In this document: one piece after another, positions 1 through 9,391 of the stretch
Numbering within the stretch: the first letter of the stretch is position 1
Layout of the letters: every line of letters starts with the position of its first letter
From: an uncultured archaeon
GTDB lineage: Archaea; Thermoplasmatota; Penumbrarchaeia; JASLWR01
Direction: 5' to 3'
NCBI GenBank assembly: GCA_964342815.1
Contig: CAYFHS010000012.1
Coordinates: 32,001 to 96,000 of the forward strand
DNA: 64,000 nucleotides
The notes under the pieces: model-generated
Database searches by the model: none
Told to the model about the DNA's origin: nothing
The model's input: the letters and a program-made list of their open reading frames with translations, nothing else
Position numbers and translations under genes: made by a program

Positions 1-750
1 GGATTCTCAACGGGTATCGACGATCAGGACATACCGGAGGACGCTTCCAACCAGATCAAGGAGGGACTGCAGTCGGCCAGTGATGCCGTGGCCAAACTTG
101 TACGGTCCTATCACGAGGGAATACTGACCCAGCTTCCGGGCCGGTCTCTTGAAGAAACATTGGAAGTAGAGGCAATGAAGGTACTTGCAAAGGCCAGGGA
201 TATTGCCGGAGAGATCGCTGGAAAACATCTCGGTCTTGGAAACTCCGCAGTGATAATGGCGAAATCGGGAGCCAGAGGTTCGATGCTGAACCTGTCGCAG
301 ATGTCCGGATCCATCGGACAGCAGGCCGTAAGAGGTGAAAGAATCTCCCGTGGTTATGAAAACCGTACTCTGCCCCATTTTAAAAGAGGCGACAAGGGTA
401 GCGAAGCAAAGGGATTCGTTAAATCGTGTTTCAAGGACGGCCTCACACCAACGGAATATTTTTTCCATGCAATGGGTGGAAGAGAGGGATTAGTGGATAC
501 CGCGGTAAGGACATCACGTTCGGGTTACATGCAAAGAAGGTTGATCAATGCCTTGGAGAATCTCCGACTCGTTGAGGACGGAACCGTGAGGGACACCGAT
601 AGCGTGGTGGTACAGTTCAAGTTTGGAGATGACGGTATCGATCCGGCCAAGAGCATTGCCGGAAATCCCATTGATATTGAGGAGCTGTTCAGGAGAAGGA
701 TGATATACAACAAAAAGCGCGATCCCATGAGAAAGGAGGTGAAAGCATAA
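1..750 (+). CDS. rpoA1: DNA-directed RNA polymerase subunit A' (Rpo1N), 3' part; 5' end lies outside the window
   Basis: Frame is open from base 1 ([14 protein letters not shown]...). It carries the conserved motifs [54 protein letters not shown] (bridge helix). Stop TAA is at 748-750. Confidence 0.97.
   Translation, partial: GFSTGIDDQDIPEDASNQIKEGLQSASDAVAKLVRSYHEGILTQLPGRSLEETLEVEAMKVLAKARDIAGEIAGKHLGLGNSAVIMAKSGARGSMLNLSQMSGSIGQQAVRGERISRGYENRTLPHFKRGDKGSEAKGFVKSCFKDGLTPTEYFFHAMGGREGLVDTAVRTSRSGYMQRRLINALENLRLVEDGTVRDTDSVVVQFKFGDDGIDPAKSIAGNPIDIEELFRRRMIYNKKRDPMRKEVKA
735..742 (+). promoter_or_regulatory. Shine-Dalgarno site GGAGGTGA, 4 nt upstream of an in-frame ATA at 747
   Basis: Sequence GGAGGTGA-AAGC-ATAA. 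The ATA overlaps the rpoA1 stop. Confidence 0.7.
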
Positions 751-3365
751 CCACCAGCATCACAAGGAAGACCATAAATGCCTTCATTACACGGGGTATC
801 GACGAGGACACAGCCAATGAAATCGTTGAAAAGGGTTACAACCTGGCTCGTATCGAGAAGGCGGAATTCCCCCAACTGGTGGAAGATCTTGGTCCGGACA
901 TGGCTTTCGAGGTCGGAAAGAAAGTATTCACCAGGACGCGTTTCGACGAATTCAGCAAAGTATTCAATGAGCTGAAGGATAAGTTCAAGGCAGAGCGTGG
1001 AGAACCGGAACCTGAGAAAGGGGTTGTGAACATTGAAGAAATTCCCAAGAAACACCGCAGCATCCCAAAAAAGGAATGTGACCGGGGTATCGTATTCACA
1101 ATCGGAAAGGAATCCCAGGTTGAGCAGCTGAGGAAAATATCGCAGGAGACCGGAAAAGCCATCTGGGGAAATAATTTCAAGATAAACACATCGAAATTTT
1201 CATTCCCCCTTACCGCGTATATTTATATTATAGGAAAAGGTGTGGAATTCAGGTCTGTAATCAGCGAAATATATTCGAAACCGGTTGATCGAAAAGACAT
1301 TTTGATAGAATCCCAACGTGATGAGGTATTTCCATCATATTTCCTGCTTAAGGACATCTCACCTCTGGGTGAGGTGATCGATCTTATGGAAATGGTATCT
1401 CCCAGCGGAACTTCTATCAAGAGCGCACGGAATTACACAAACATACTGGTTCACAAGGGCGAATATCTTCCTTACGAGATGTATGACTTCGGGAAAAAAG
1501 AAGGGGAGAAAATAGAATCATTGGAGCCCTCGAGACCGAAAACCATCAAGGAGCAGTTGAATATAATCTGGAAGATCGAAGATTTGGAAATGGTGAAAGA
1601 CTATAGTTCATTCCTGGAAAAGGGGAAGAAAATAGCTTATTGGGGAGTGGATTTCCCCATTAGCAAGAAGAAATTCTCGTTCCCGATAACCGGATACCTC
1701 ATGACGGAAAACGACATCTCACACAAGGCGACAATTACAGATCTCATCAAATATTCTGCAAAACAGCCACCTGAGGAGGGTAGTTGTCCAAGCAAATACG
1801 AAGGGGATTACGATACCTTTATCGTAATATCCGAAATAACCGAGATCGAGGAACCAAAACAGCTGGTCCATTTCAGAAATCCGCGTGGGAAGCGGCCAAC
1901 CAGCCTCCGGACCTACATCCGGGTCCTGGGAGGTCCCGAGGAGGGAACCATCATTGACCAGAAGGACATTACTATACGCGCTCCCGAGGTGGAGATCAAG
2001 AAAAAGATGAAAGAAACGATAAAGACGGTCACCCTTCCCACCATCAAGGACCGAATCTCCGAGATTGTCGAGAGGAAGAAACTTAATCTTGACGAGGATG
2101 ACATTACCCGACTGGGACTCAAATACGGCAGGATAAAAAAAGAGGACACAGAGCTGGAGGAAATATTCGATAGTTACAATAAAATTCTCCTTGCCCGCAA
2201 AGATATCAAAACTCATATTCCCGTGAGTACAATTGATGAACTTGCTGAAAATATAAGAAAATTCGAACCTGATCAGGAAGAACTTGGGGATATCATCGAT
2301 GTCATTATCGGGGACCGTAGCCGCCGACTCATGGACCCACACGAGTCCTGCGGGATCGTATCAGCTCAATCCATTGGAGAACCAGGGACACAGATGACCA
2401 TGAGGACGTTTCACTATGCCGGTGTGGCCGAGATCAACGTAACATTGGGGCTGCCCCGTCTCATCGAGATAGTGGACGCCAGACGGCAGCCATCCACACC
2501 AATTATGGAGGTCCACCTGACTGATGACGTAAAGGATGACAGGGCAAAAGTCCAGAAGATCATTACCGAAATAGAAGCGACTAAACTTATGGACGTTGCT
2601 TCTCTGAAAACCGACCTTACTAACATGAATGTTCGGATCGAACCGGACAAGGAAAAGATGGTCACCAGGGGAGTTCGCCTCGATGATATAAAAGACAGGT
2701 TAATGACTGCCAGGCTCAGGGGTATTTCAAGAACGAAGACGAAACTCACAATCGAAGAGGAACGGGGAACCGGAAATCTGATAATGTCTTCCGACCAGGT
2801 CTCTTACAAACACCTTCAGGCCCTTGTGGAAGGAGTGAAAGGAGTACGGGTCAAAGGTATAAAGGACATCGAGAGATGTATTGCCAGAATGGAGAAGGGC
2901 GAGGGGTACGTTATCCACTCGGAGGGATCCAACCTTCAGGAAGTACTGGCAGTGAACGGGGTCGACATAACCAGGACGACAACGAACAATATCAGGGAGA
3001 TTTATCAGGTTCTCGGTGTGGAAGCCGCCAGGAACTCCATTATCAAGGAAGCCTACGACACGCTTAGAGAACAGGGGTTACAGGTGGATATAAGGCACAT
3101 TATGCTGGTTGCAGATATCATGTGCGTTTACGGGGATATACGGCCTATTGGAAGGCACGGTATAACTGGGAAGAAGTCCAGTGTTCTGGCGAGGGCAGCA
3201 TTCGAGATCGCAGCCGCAACCCTGCTGACAGCGGGGATAAAGGGAGAGGTGGATTCCCTGGAAGGCATAGCCGAGAATATCATTGTGGGCCAACCGGTGA
3301 TCACAGGGACCGGCGAGGTGGCATTGGCGTACGACCCAACGAGAAAATGTAAAGAGGTGATCTGA
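747..3365 (+). CDS. rpoA2: DNA-directed RNA polymerase subunit A'' (Rpo1C) with a very long N-terminal extension (872 aa if started at ATA 747; the ORF track starts at GTG 879)
   Basis: The C-terminal ~350 aa carry [59 protein letters not shown] and ENIIVGQP. The frame is open back to ATA 747 behind a strong SD. Confidence 0.95.
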   Translation: MTTSITRKTINAFITRGIDEDTANEIVEKGYNLARIEKAEFPQLVEDLGPDMAFEVGKKVFTRTRFDEFSKVFNELKDKFKAERGEPEPEKGVVNIEEIPKKHRSIPKKECDRGIVFTIGKESQVEQLRKISQETGKAIWGNNFKINTSKFSFPLTAYIYIIGKGVEFRSVISEIYSKPVDRKDILIESQRDEVFPSYFLLKDISPLGEVIDLMEMVSPSGTSIKSARNYTNILVHKGEYLPYEMYDFGKKEGEKIESLEPSRPKTIKEQLNIIWKIEDLEMVKDYSSFLEKGKKIAYWGVDFPISKKKFSFPITGYLMTENDISHKATITDLIKYSAKQPPEEGSCPSKYEGDYDTFIVISEITEIEEPKQLVHFRNPRGKRPTSLRTYIRVLGGPEEGTIIDQKDITIRAPEVEIKKKMKETIKTVTLPTIKDRISEIVERKKLNLDEDDITRLGLKYGRIKKEDTELEEIFDSYNKILLARKDIKTHIPVSTIDELAENIRKFEPDQEELGDIIDVIIGDRSRRLMDPHESCGIVSAQSIGEPGTQMTMRTFHYAGVAEINVTLGLPRLIEIVDARRQPSTPIMEVHLTDDVKDDRAKVQKIITEIEATKLMDVASLKTDLTNMNVRIEPDKEKMVTRGVRLDDIKDRLMTARLRGISRTKTKLTIEEERGTGNLIMSSDQVSYKHLQALVEGVKGVRVKGIKDIERCIARMEKGEGYVIHSEGSNLQEVLAVNGVDITRTTTNNIREIYQVLGVEAARNSIIKEAYDTLREQGLQVDIRHIMLVADIMCVYGDIRPIGRHGITGKKSSVLARAAFEIAAATLLTAGIKGEVDSLEGIAENIIVGQPVITGTGEVALAYDPTRKCKEVI

Positions 3366-3366
3366 A

Positions 3367-3654
3367 ATGGATATCCGTCGCGCATTAAGGCAGGCTGTTT
3401 CAACAGGAACAGTTTACCTGGGAACGAAACTGACCCTTAAGGCTCTGAAGAAAAAGAAGGTCAAACTGATAATATACTGCAAGAACACATCAACCCCCCA
3501 AGAAGGAATATTCCTGAAATACGGGAACATTCCGAATTACCAGTTTCCGGGAACGAACTTCGAGCTGGGTGCTGCCTGCGGGAAACCATTTGCAGTATCG
3601 GTGCTGTCCATCATTAAAGCGGGCGAGTCTGATATATTAGCCTTGATTAAATAG
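3367..3654 (+). CDS. rpl30e: 50S ribosomal protein L30e
   Basis: TGTVYLGTKLTLKALK...GTNFELGAACGKPFAVSVLSIIKAGESDIL. Canonical position after rpoA2. SD GAGGTGA upstream. Confidence 0.93.
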   Translation: MDIRRALRQAVSTGTVYLGTKLTLKALKKKKVKLIIYCKNTSTPQEGIFLKYGNIPNYQFPGTNFELGAACGKPFAVSVLSIIKAGESDILALIK

Positions 3655-4344
3655 AATCATATGATCCAAAACATAAATAATTGCTTTTATCGATCGATGT
3701 CAGCCCGCCTTCTACCTTTTTTTACTTTTCCCACGGGTACCAGTCCTGCCAGTATCATGCAGTGTAATTATACAAGGTCTCTGGTTCAGCTAAAAGCTAT
3801 CCTTGGTGTGTTTCTCTTTGAGTATAATTCATTTTTTTTTAAAGCGTCCAGGCTGATTTATAATCCAGTTCTTTCTTCCGATATAGCTAATTCCAATTTA
3901 TAGAGCCCCACGAACGGATTTTTGAGGTGTTTTTGTTAGTGAACATTCCAGTGTGAAAAAGTTCACTTTCCGAACAAATTGGAGTCGCACAATTCGCCGA
4001 GTGAACTCCCAACAGCTCTGAAAAAACTCATACAAGATTAATTATTCTATTTTTTAAAATTAAAATCTAAAAGCACCGGGACTTATTATATATGTATTAT
4101 TATAGTAACTCACAGCAATAAAATCGTCGAATCTTACAGCTGTTTTTCGCAGATCTACCGAAAAAATGGCTGTTTGTTCTCAAATTTGGCGAAAATAGAA
4201 AGTTAAAAACATAATTCATAATTTTTAGTCTTCCACATGAAGCCAGTAATCCGGATATAGCAGTATCCGTTGATCAGGAATTGGTCGAAAATATAGGAAA
4301 AACCTTGAAAAAGTCGTTAAAATCTACTCAAAATAGGACTGGGT

Positions 4345-4365
4345 AATAAACTATATATATAAATT
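4345..4365 (+). promoter_or_regulatory. Probable TATA-box promoter of the surface-protein gene
   Basis: TAATAAACTATATATATAAA about 50 nt upstream of the SD AGGTGA and ATG 4412. Pattern only. Confidence 0.4.
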
Positions 4366-4411
4366 ATTATAATCCATAAAGAGTTTAAGCAAACTAATAG
4401 AGGTGAAAAAC

Positions 4412-7400
4412 ATGTATGGAAAAATGAAAAGAATAATTGTAGCCACCCTGGTAGCGATTATGATATTGAGTGCTTTTCCTATGATGGCAAATGCCGCGGA
4501 AGAAAATGCACCCGCACCGGGTCGCGCAAATGAGATAACGGTAAACGATATAGAAGTAACAACGGAAATACCGTTCGAAGAGGACGGTGTGAACGGAAAC
4601 GGAGAATATGTAGTGGCAGTGAACTTTACATTGCCCGAGCAAATGGTTAGCGTGAATGTCACAGTTAATGTCACTCACAACGGCAGCTTTGAAACCAACG
4701 CCACCGAAAAGCTAAACCTGTCTGCTGGAGATCATGACGTCCTTCTTCAGAAAGCGTTCGATTTCACCGATCCGGGGCTTTATACCATAAACGCCTCCAT
4801 AGATGGATGGAATGGAACCGGAATGATCGACGGGGCATTGAACATTTCTGACGTGAATTTCACGACGATAATCGATTTCTATGTAAACATCAGTATCGAA
4901 GCCCCGGACGTGGGTGGAGTATACGGAAAGGGACCCATAGAGATACACGCTGTCGTTAAAAACACAGGAAATTCCATCATAGAGAATACGAACGTAACCA
5001 TCGAGGCCGTAAACGTCTCCAGCCAGATCGCAGAGGTGTTCACGGAGGCCTTCGAGGGTATCGAAATCCTGGCCCCCAATATGGAGTCAGAGCCCGTTCA
5101 GTTCTTCTGGATTCCATCCAAGGAAGGCGACAACAGTGATTATGATATCACAATCACGGCAACGAACGTTACAGGTGGAGTAAGCAACAATACCACCTTG
5201 CGTGTTTCGATAAAGAACATTACCGTACTGCATATCGTTGACATGACTGGATTCGGCGACACCCAAGGTGGGGCGAGTACATTCTTCGATGTGAACGTGC
5301 TGCTGAACAATACCGGTAACGCTGCCGGGAAAGGAACAGTTCACCTGGTGATATATCCGGAAGGAGATCCGGGAAATCCCGTGATCGACCTTACAAATAC
5401 CTCCGATGATGTTGCCCCCGAAGAGGGAACCGCTACAAGAGAAGAAGGCACTGTTGTATTCCCGAACCTTTCCATCGATACTCCGGGAGAATACATGGTG
5501 AAGGCAAGCATCGCGGGTACGGAGGAAGAAATGATCAAAAACCTGACCATCGAACCGGATCCGAATCTGGCACCGGACCTCATGAACGTTTCTCTATCAC
5601 CGGATCCAACAGCCGTTAACGTGCTGGTGGGTGAGGAAATAACCTTTTCAGTCGTTTACAAGGATGTTGATGGTGACGCGGGAACCGTGAAGCTCTACAT
5701 TGACAACATCATGCACGACATGGTCAACGGAAGCGCCACATGGCTTGATGGGGTCACCTTCACGTATACGTGGGCGGCAACAAACGCATCAAACCATTCG
5801 TACAACTTTGTGGCTAATGATGGAACGGAAAACAAATTTATGGAGCACGTTGATTACAACTTCACCGTCTACGAGCACACTGACGGATGGCTGTACGGAA
5901 AGGTCACCGACGGGAACGGAAACGTATCAAATGCCTCGGTGGTCATCTACATTACGGCCATGAACGCGACTAACGTAACATACATCGACAAATACTACAA
6001 CACAACAACGGACGCTAACGGTGATTTTTCGAAATTCCTGCCTTTCACCGATACAAAATACGTGATCATGCTGGACGAGACCTGGCTGGCGGACAATAAA
6101 CTCGAAGTTACCGGAGTGAACAAGCAGAACTTCGAGATCAAGGCGGCGACGCCCAAAGCATGGGTAAATTACACCCTTACAGATGCGGCACCGCCTCCGG
6201 TACCTACATATCTCGTCGGCAAGGTTGTGGATGAAAAAACTGGCGAAAATCTTTCCGGTGTGACAATCACCGTGGAGATATTCAAAGATGTTGAAGGCAA
6301 CATGACCGCTCTGGTTGACGGTGTGAACGTAACCATCAATACAACAACCCGAACCTGGATGAACCTCACGGCTACGACTGACATGAACGGTTCGTACGCT
6401 GTCATGGGAGTACCCCACGGTCAAGTCGATATCGACGATGCAAAGGTCACCGGTACAATGGTCTACCGCCATGATGTGGCGGAACCGGAAGGAGCGATCC
6501 TGGGCTGGTGGTTAGCAACGGCCGAATTGACTGATTATGTTACCCAAAAGAAATCCCTGGAGTTCAAGGAAGCTATGAACACAACCTGGAACGTCACTCT
6601 GCCAAAGGATATAACGGTTCTTTACTCCATATCCGGTGCAGTAAATCCAGCAAGTGCAACGGTGAAGTACGGAACTACAGCGGTTGTGGTGGATAGCACA
6701 ACGGGAAATTTCACCGTTACAAACCTTACGGTAGGAACCTACGTGTTCACCTTCACTGCAGATGGCTATATCACAAGAACTGAGAATGCAACCATCATCG
6801 ATGCGGACGTACTTCTGGGGACTATAAAACTTGTGCCGGACCCCGATTCCAATATAACTTACACAATGAAACTTGGACCTTGGATGGAGAACGATGAAGA
6901 TGGAAAACCCGGTGTAGAGGTTTCCTTTTCATTCCTTGGTAAAGATTACGAAGGTGTGACAGGATCGGATGGATATGCAGTGTTCAAGGAATTCCCGGTA
7001 CTGAACTTACCCGACGATATCAAGGTAACCCATAAATTCGGGGATGAAGCTGCAGTAACCGAGGATGTGGATGATCTTGATCTTGATAAATGGAGAGGAG
7101 TTGAAAAACCAGTTGAAACCGACGGGAACGACATACTCCTCATAGTGGCCATCGTCGTGATCGTTTTCATCATCATCATTCTCGTTGTGCTTGCCATGAA
7201 ATCCAAGGGCGGCGAGGAAGAGCTATACGATGAAGAGGTCAGGGAATACGAGTGCCCGAGCTGCGGAGCAATTGTGACTTCCGACATGGACACCTGTCCG
7301 GAATGCGGCGAGAGCTTCGAGGAAGAAGAGTTCAGATGCCCGGAGTGCAGCGAGATGGTTGAGAAGGATGCCACCATCTGCGACTCATGCGGCTCCGAGT

Positions 7401-7591
7401 TCGAGATGCCCGAGAAGGTCGAAGAGGAGATCGAGGAAGGGGAAGAAGGAGATGAGCTGGAACCCCCCGAGGACGATGTCCCCGAAGCCATCGATGAGTT
7501 CGATGTGGAGGACGAGGATGCGGAACTCGAGGGCGTCGAAGATCTTGAAGAAGAACTCGAAGAGGAAAGCCTTGATATGGACGACGAATAA
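4412..7591 (+). CDS. Membrane-anchored surface glycoprotein (S-layer-like) with Ig/CARDB-like and carboxypeptidase-regulatory-like domains, C-terminal TM helix, double zinc ribbon and acidic tail
   Basis: Signal peptide RIIVATLVAIMILSAFPMMANA; many NxT/S sequons; TM ILLIVAIVVIVFIIIILVVLAM; CPSC..CPEC..CPEC..CDSC; D/E-rich end. ATG 4412 follows SD AGGTGA (the track's GTG 4403 lies within the SD). Confidence 0.85.
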   Translation: MYGKMKRIIVATLVAIMILSAFPMMANAAEENAPAPGRANEITVNDIEVTTEIPFEEDGVNGNGEYVVAVNFTLPEQMVSVNVTVNVTHNGSFETNATEKLNLSAGDHDVLLQKAFDFTDPGLYTINASIDGWNGTGMIDGALNISDVNFTTIIDFYVNISIEAPDVGGVYGKGPIEIHAVVKNTGNSIIENTNVTIEAVNVSSQIAEVFTEAFEGIEILAPNMESEPVQFFWIPSKEGDNSDYDITITATNVTGGVSNNTTLRVSIKNITVLHIVDMTGFGDTQGGASTFFDVNVLLNNTGNAAGKGTVHLVIYPEGDPGNPVIDLTNTSDDVAPEEGTATREEGTVVFPNLSIDTPGEYMVKASIAGTEEEMIKNLTIEPDPNLAPDLMNVSLSPDPTAVNVLVGEEITFSVVYKDVDGDAGTVKLYIDNIMHDMVNGSATWLDGVTFTYTWAATNASNHSYNFVANDGTENKFMEHVDYNFTVYEHTDGWLYGKVTDGNGNVSNASVVIYITAMNATNVTYIDKYYNTTTDANGDFSKFLPFTDTKYVIMLDETWLADNKLEVTGVNKQNFEIKAATPKAWVNYTLTDAAPPPVPTYLVGKVVDEKTGENLSGVTITVEIFKDVEGNMTALVDGVNVTINTTTRTWMNLTATTDMNGSYAVMGVPHGQVDIDDAKVTGTMVYRHDVAEPEGAILGWWLATAELTDYVTQKKSLEFKEAMNTTWNVTLPKDITVLYSISGAVNPASATVKYGTTAVVVDSTTGNFTVTNLTVGTYVFTFTADGYITRTENATIIDADVLLGTIKLVPDPDSNITYTMKLGPWMENDEDGKPGVEVSFSFLGKDYEGVTGSDGYAVFKEFPVLNLPDDIKVTHKFGDEAAVTEDVDDLDLDKWRGVEKPVETDGNDILLIVAIVVIVFIIIILVVLAMKSKGGEEELYDEEVREYECPSCGAIVTSDMDTCPECGESFEEEEFRCPECSEMVEKDATICDSCGSEFEMPEKVEEEIEEGEEGDELEPPEDDVPEAIDEFDVEDEDAELEGVEDLEEELEEESLDMDDE

Positions 7592-7617
7592 CTCGACGAT
7601 CTAGACGACGAGGATCT

Positions 7618-7670
7618 TGAGGACCTTTAAGGTCCTCATTTTTCTTTTTTTTTTATTTTTTTTTCATTTT
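7618..7670 (+). terminator. Hairpin plus T-tract terminator
   Basis: TGAGGACCT-TTA-AGGTCCTCA (7618-7638, perfect 9-bp inverted repeat) followed by a long T-rich run. Confidence 0.7.
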
Positions 7671-7711
7671 TTAATTTTGGCGAGCATTTATGCTACTTTG
7701 ATTTTACTATC

Positions 7712-7856
7712 GAGGGCCTGCGCCCGTTTCACTCCGGTGTATCGGTAGATACTCAACGAATCCAAGATTCGTTTGCATCCTCGGGATGTTACCCTACGGA
7801 TACACCTGCGCCCTCGACATGTAAGTCTACGGGCGACGTAAGAAACGCAGGCCCTC
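7712..7856. repeat. Intergenic multi-hairpin palindromic element (REP/MITE-like or structured RNA)
   Basis: Terminal IR GAGGGCCTGCG (7712-22) / CGCAGGCCCTC (7846-56). Internal pair GGTGTATC / GATACACC, hairpin AACGAATC-CAA-GATTCGTT, and CGCCC..GGGCG. Confidence 0.65.
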
Positions 7857-8030
7857 ATAAGAGCCTAAAAATATTATTAATATCAAGGGTCAGCAGAACG
7901 CTGACCATGGAGGCCAGTGGTCTCATTTCCGATAATGGGTATTCTTTATTTTAATTCGGACCAGCGTTTGCTGGAGCTCGCTGGCCCTCTTTAGATATTA
8001 TCGATATACCTTGGGATATAAGCTATGAAC

Positions 8031-9296
8031 CTAGTGGTGAAGCTCCCTGGCGGCTATAAACGACAATCCGTTCTCCGTGAGAGCCTTCGCAGTGTTGTTC
8101 ACCGCGTCATGCTTGTCCAGGAAATTCCTCTCCATGCTGGCCGCGACACCCTGCTCCTCGATATCCTCCTTGGTCAGGAAATAATCGAGTATGCTGGATG
8201 GGCGCTCCCTCGACTCTTCCACCAGGACCTCTCCCCCTTCGTGCTTGGCACTAATATTCTTTACCCGAGGCGTGATCTCGATCAATTCATCCCGGCGGTC
8301 GTATGGTTGCCGTACAATGGCCCTGTAAGTCTCCAGAATGTGGTGTTCGAACCGGACCACATCCTCGAATCCGAATGCATTCCTGATCCCGTCAGACAGT
8401 TCGATGGTCCCGTTATCCACGGAATTGGAAAAATTGAAACCTATAAGAGAGGTGGTTCCGTCAGGTCTCGAGAACAATTTGGCCGTCATCAAGGTCCATA
8501 GTACCGAATAGGGATTGTCGTTCCCCATGAAAACCGATATCTTGAACTCGATATCCACGCCTATCTTGTGCAGCAGATAACCCAGAAGCACCGTCCCCGG
8601 ATTGATATTCAATACCTGTCTCACCCCGTACTCCGTGTAGTAATGCAAAAATTCATCTAGCCAAGCCAAGGCATGGTCGTTTGGCTGCCCGACACCACCG
8701 AAATAGCCGGTTATGGTCTCTGGGCCTCCGAGATGCACGTTGGATCCGTCGGTACCCTTGGTGTCAAGCGTTTCGCAGCAGCTCGAGCCTATTATTTTCG
8801 TTGCTGCGGTAAACGCCAGGATGTCATTATCCCGGACCTGCTCGGCCATGTTCCGCACCCGGATATACCTGCCGGGCATCAGTTCCCCCCTTTCCACAGC
8901 CTGTCTCGCCGCCACCATTAACCAGGGAAAATACTGGGCTGCGGATAATTCCAGGGTTACGGCATAATTATCCTTGAATTTTATATGTCCATAACGGTCG
9001 CCCAAAATCCTCTTCCGATATTCCTCGACGCTGATGAAGGCTCGCTTATCCTTCTGATTCTGTAGCCACTGAAGGTCCCGGACATATGGCGAGTTCAATT
9101 CGGAAAGCCGCCGGATGAGGGTTTCCGGTTTCCCGCTCTCACAGGCCTTCCTGTTGATTTCCTGAACGCCTCCGTACTTCTCGATGACCGAAAGAAATGA
9201 AGCGATCATCGGATTTTCGGGATCGAGAAGAAAACGGTTCAGCTCATTGACGATACCTGGGGATACCCTTAAGCTCTGCAGGATAGAAGAATCCAT
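8031..9296 (-). CDS. Hypothetical protein, 421 aa, enzyme-like, function not recognised
   Basis: Long ORF with SD AGGAG and globular composition. Motif-like blocks TLDTKGTDGSNVHLGG, GYFGGVGQPND, FEHHILETY, SAKHEGG. Confidence 0.8.
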   Translation of the reverse strand: MDSSILQSLRVSPGIVNELNRFLLDPENPMIASFLSVIEKYGGVQEINRKACESGKPETLIRRLSELNSPYVRDLQWLQNQKDKRAFISVEEYRKRILGDRYGHIKFKDNYAVTLELSAAQYFPWLMVAARQAVERGELMPGRYIRVRNMAEQVRDNDILAFTAATKIIGSSCCETLDTKGTDGSNVHLGGPETITGYFGGVGQPNDHALAWLDEFLHYYTEYGVRQVLNINPGTVLLGYLLHKIGVDIEFKISVFMGNDNPYSVLWTLMTAKLFSRPDGTTSLIGFNFSNSVDNGTIELSDGIRNAFGFEDVVRFEHHILETYRAIVRQPYDRRDELIEITPRVKNISAKHEGGEVLVEESRERPSSILDYFLTKEDIEEQGVAASMERNFLDKHDAVNNTAKALTENGLSFIAARELHH

Positions 9297-9391
9297 AAGT
9301 TAACACTCCTGTATATCGAGTCTCTAGTGAGGCGGATGAGCCGCCCCTGCAATAATACAATAGTGAATCTTTGGTTGATCTGAAAAAATCA

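Noticed and set aside
1086-1928. Intein as the explanation for the RpoA2 insertion
   Set aside because: No C/S start with a HN-C/S/T end, no LAGLIDADG blocks, and the usual [11 protein letters not shown] insertion region is intact. The segment is an internal duplication instead.
3661-3903. 80-aa ORF after rpl30e as a nusA remnant
   Set aside because: No KH-domain or NusA-like residues, no SD, and atypical composition. Treated as spurious.
3939-4010. Short stems AGTGAAC/GTTCACT and GGAGT/ACTCC in the intergenic gap
   Set aside because: Too short and loosely spaced to support an ncRNA call. No tRNA, SRP or RNase P motifs.
7589-7591. Selenocysteine or pyrrolysine recoding
   Set aside because: The codon is TAA, not TGA or TAG, and the context is a low-complexity tail.
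9331-9345. GGCGG-ATGAG-CCGCC hairpin upstream of the 421-aa gene
   Set aside because: Only a 5-bp stem with no T-tract on the coding strand. It could be chance.
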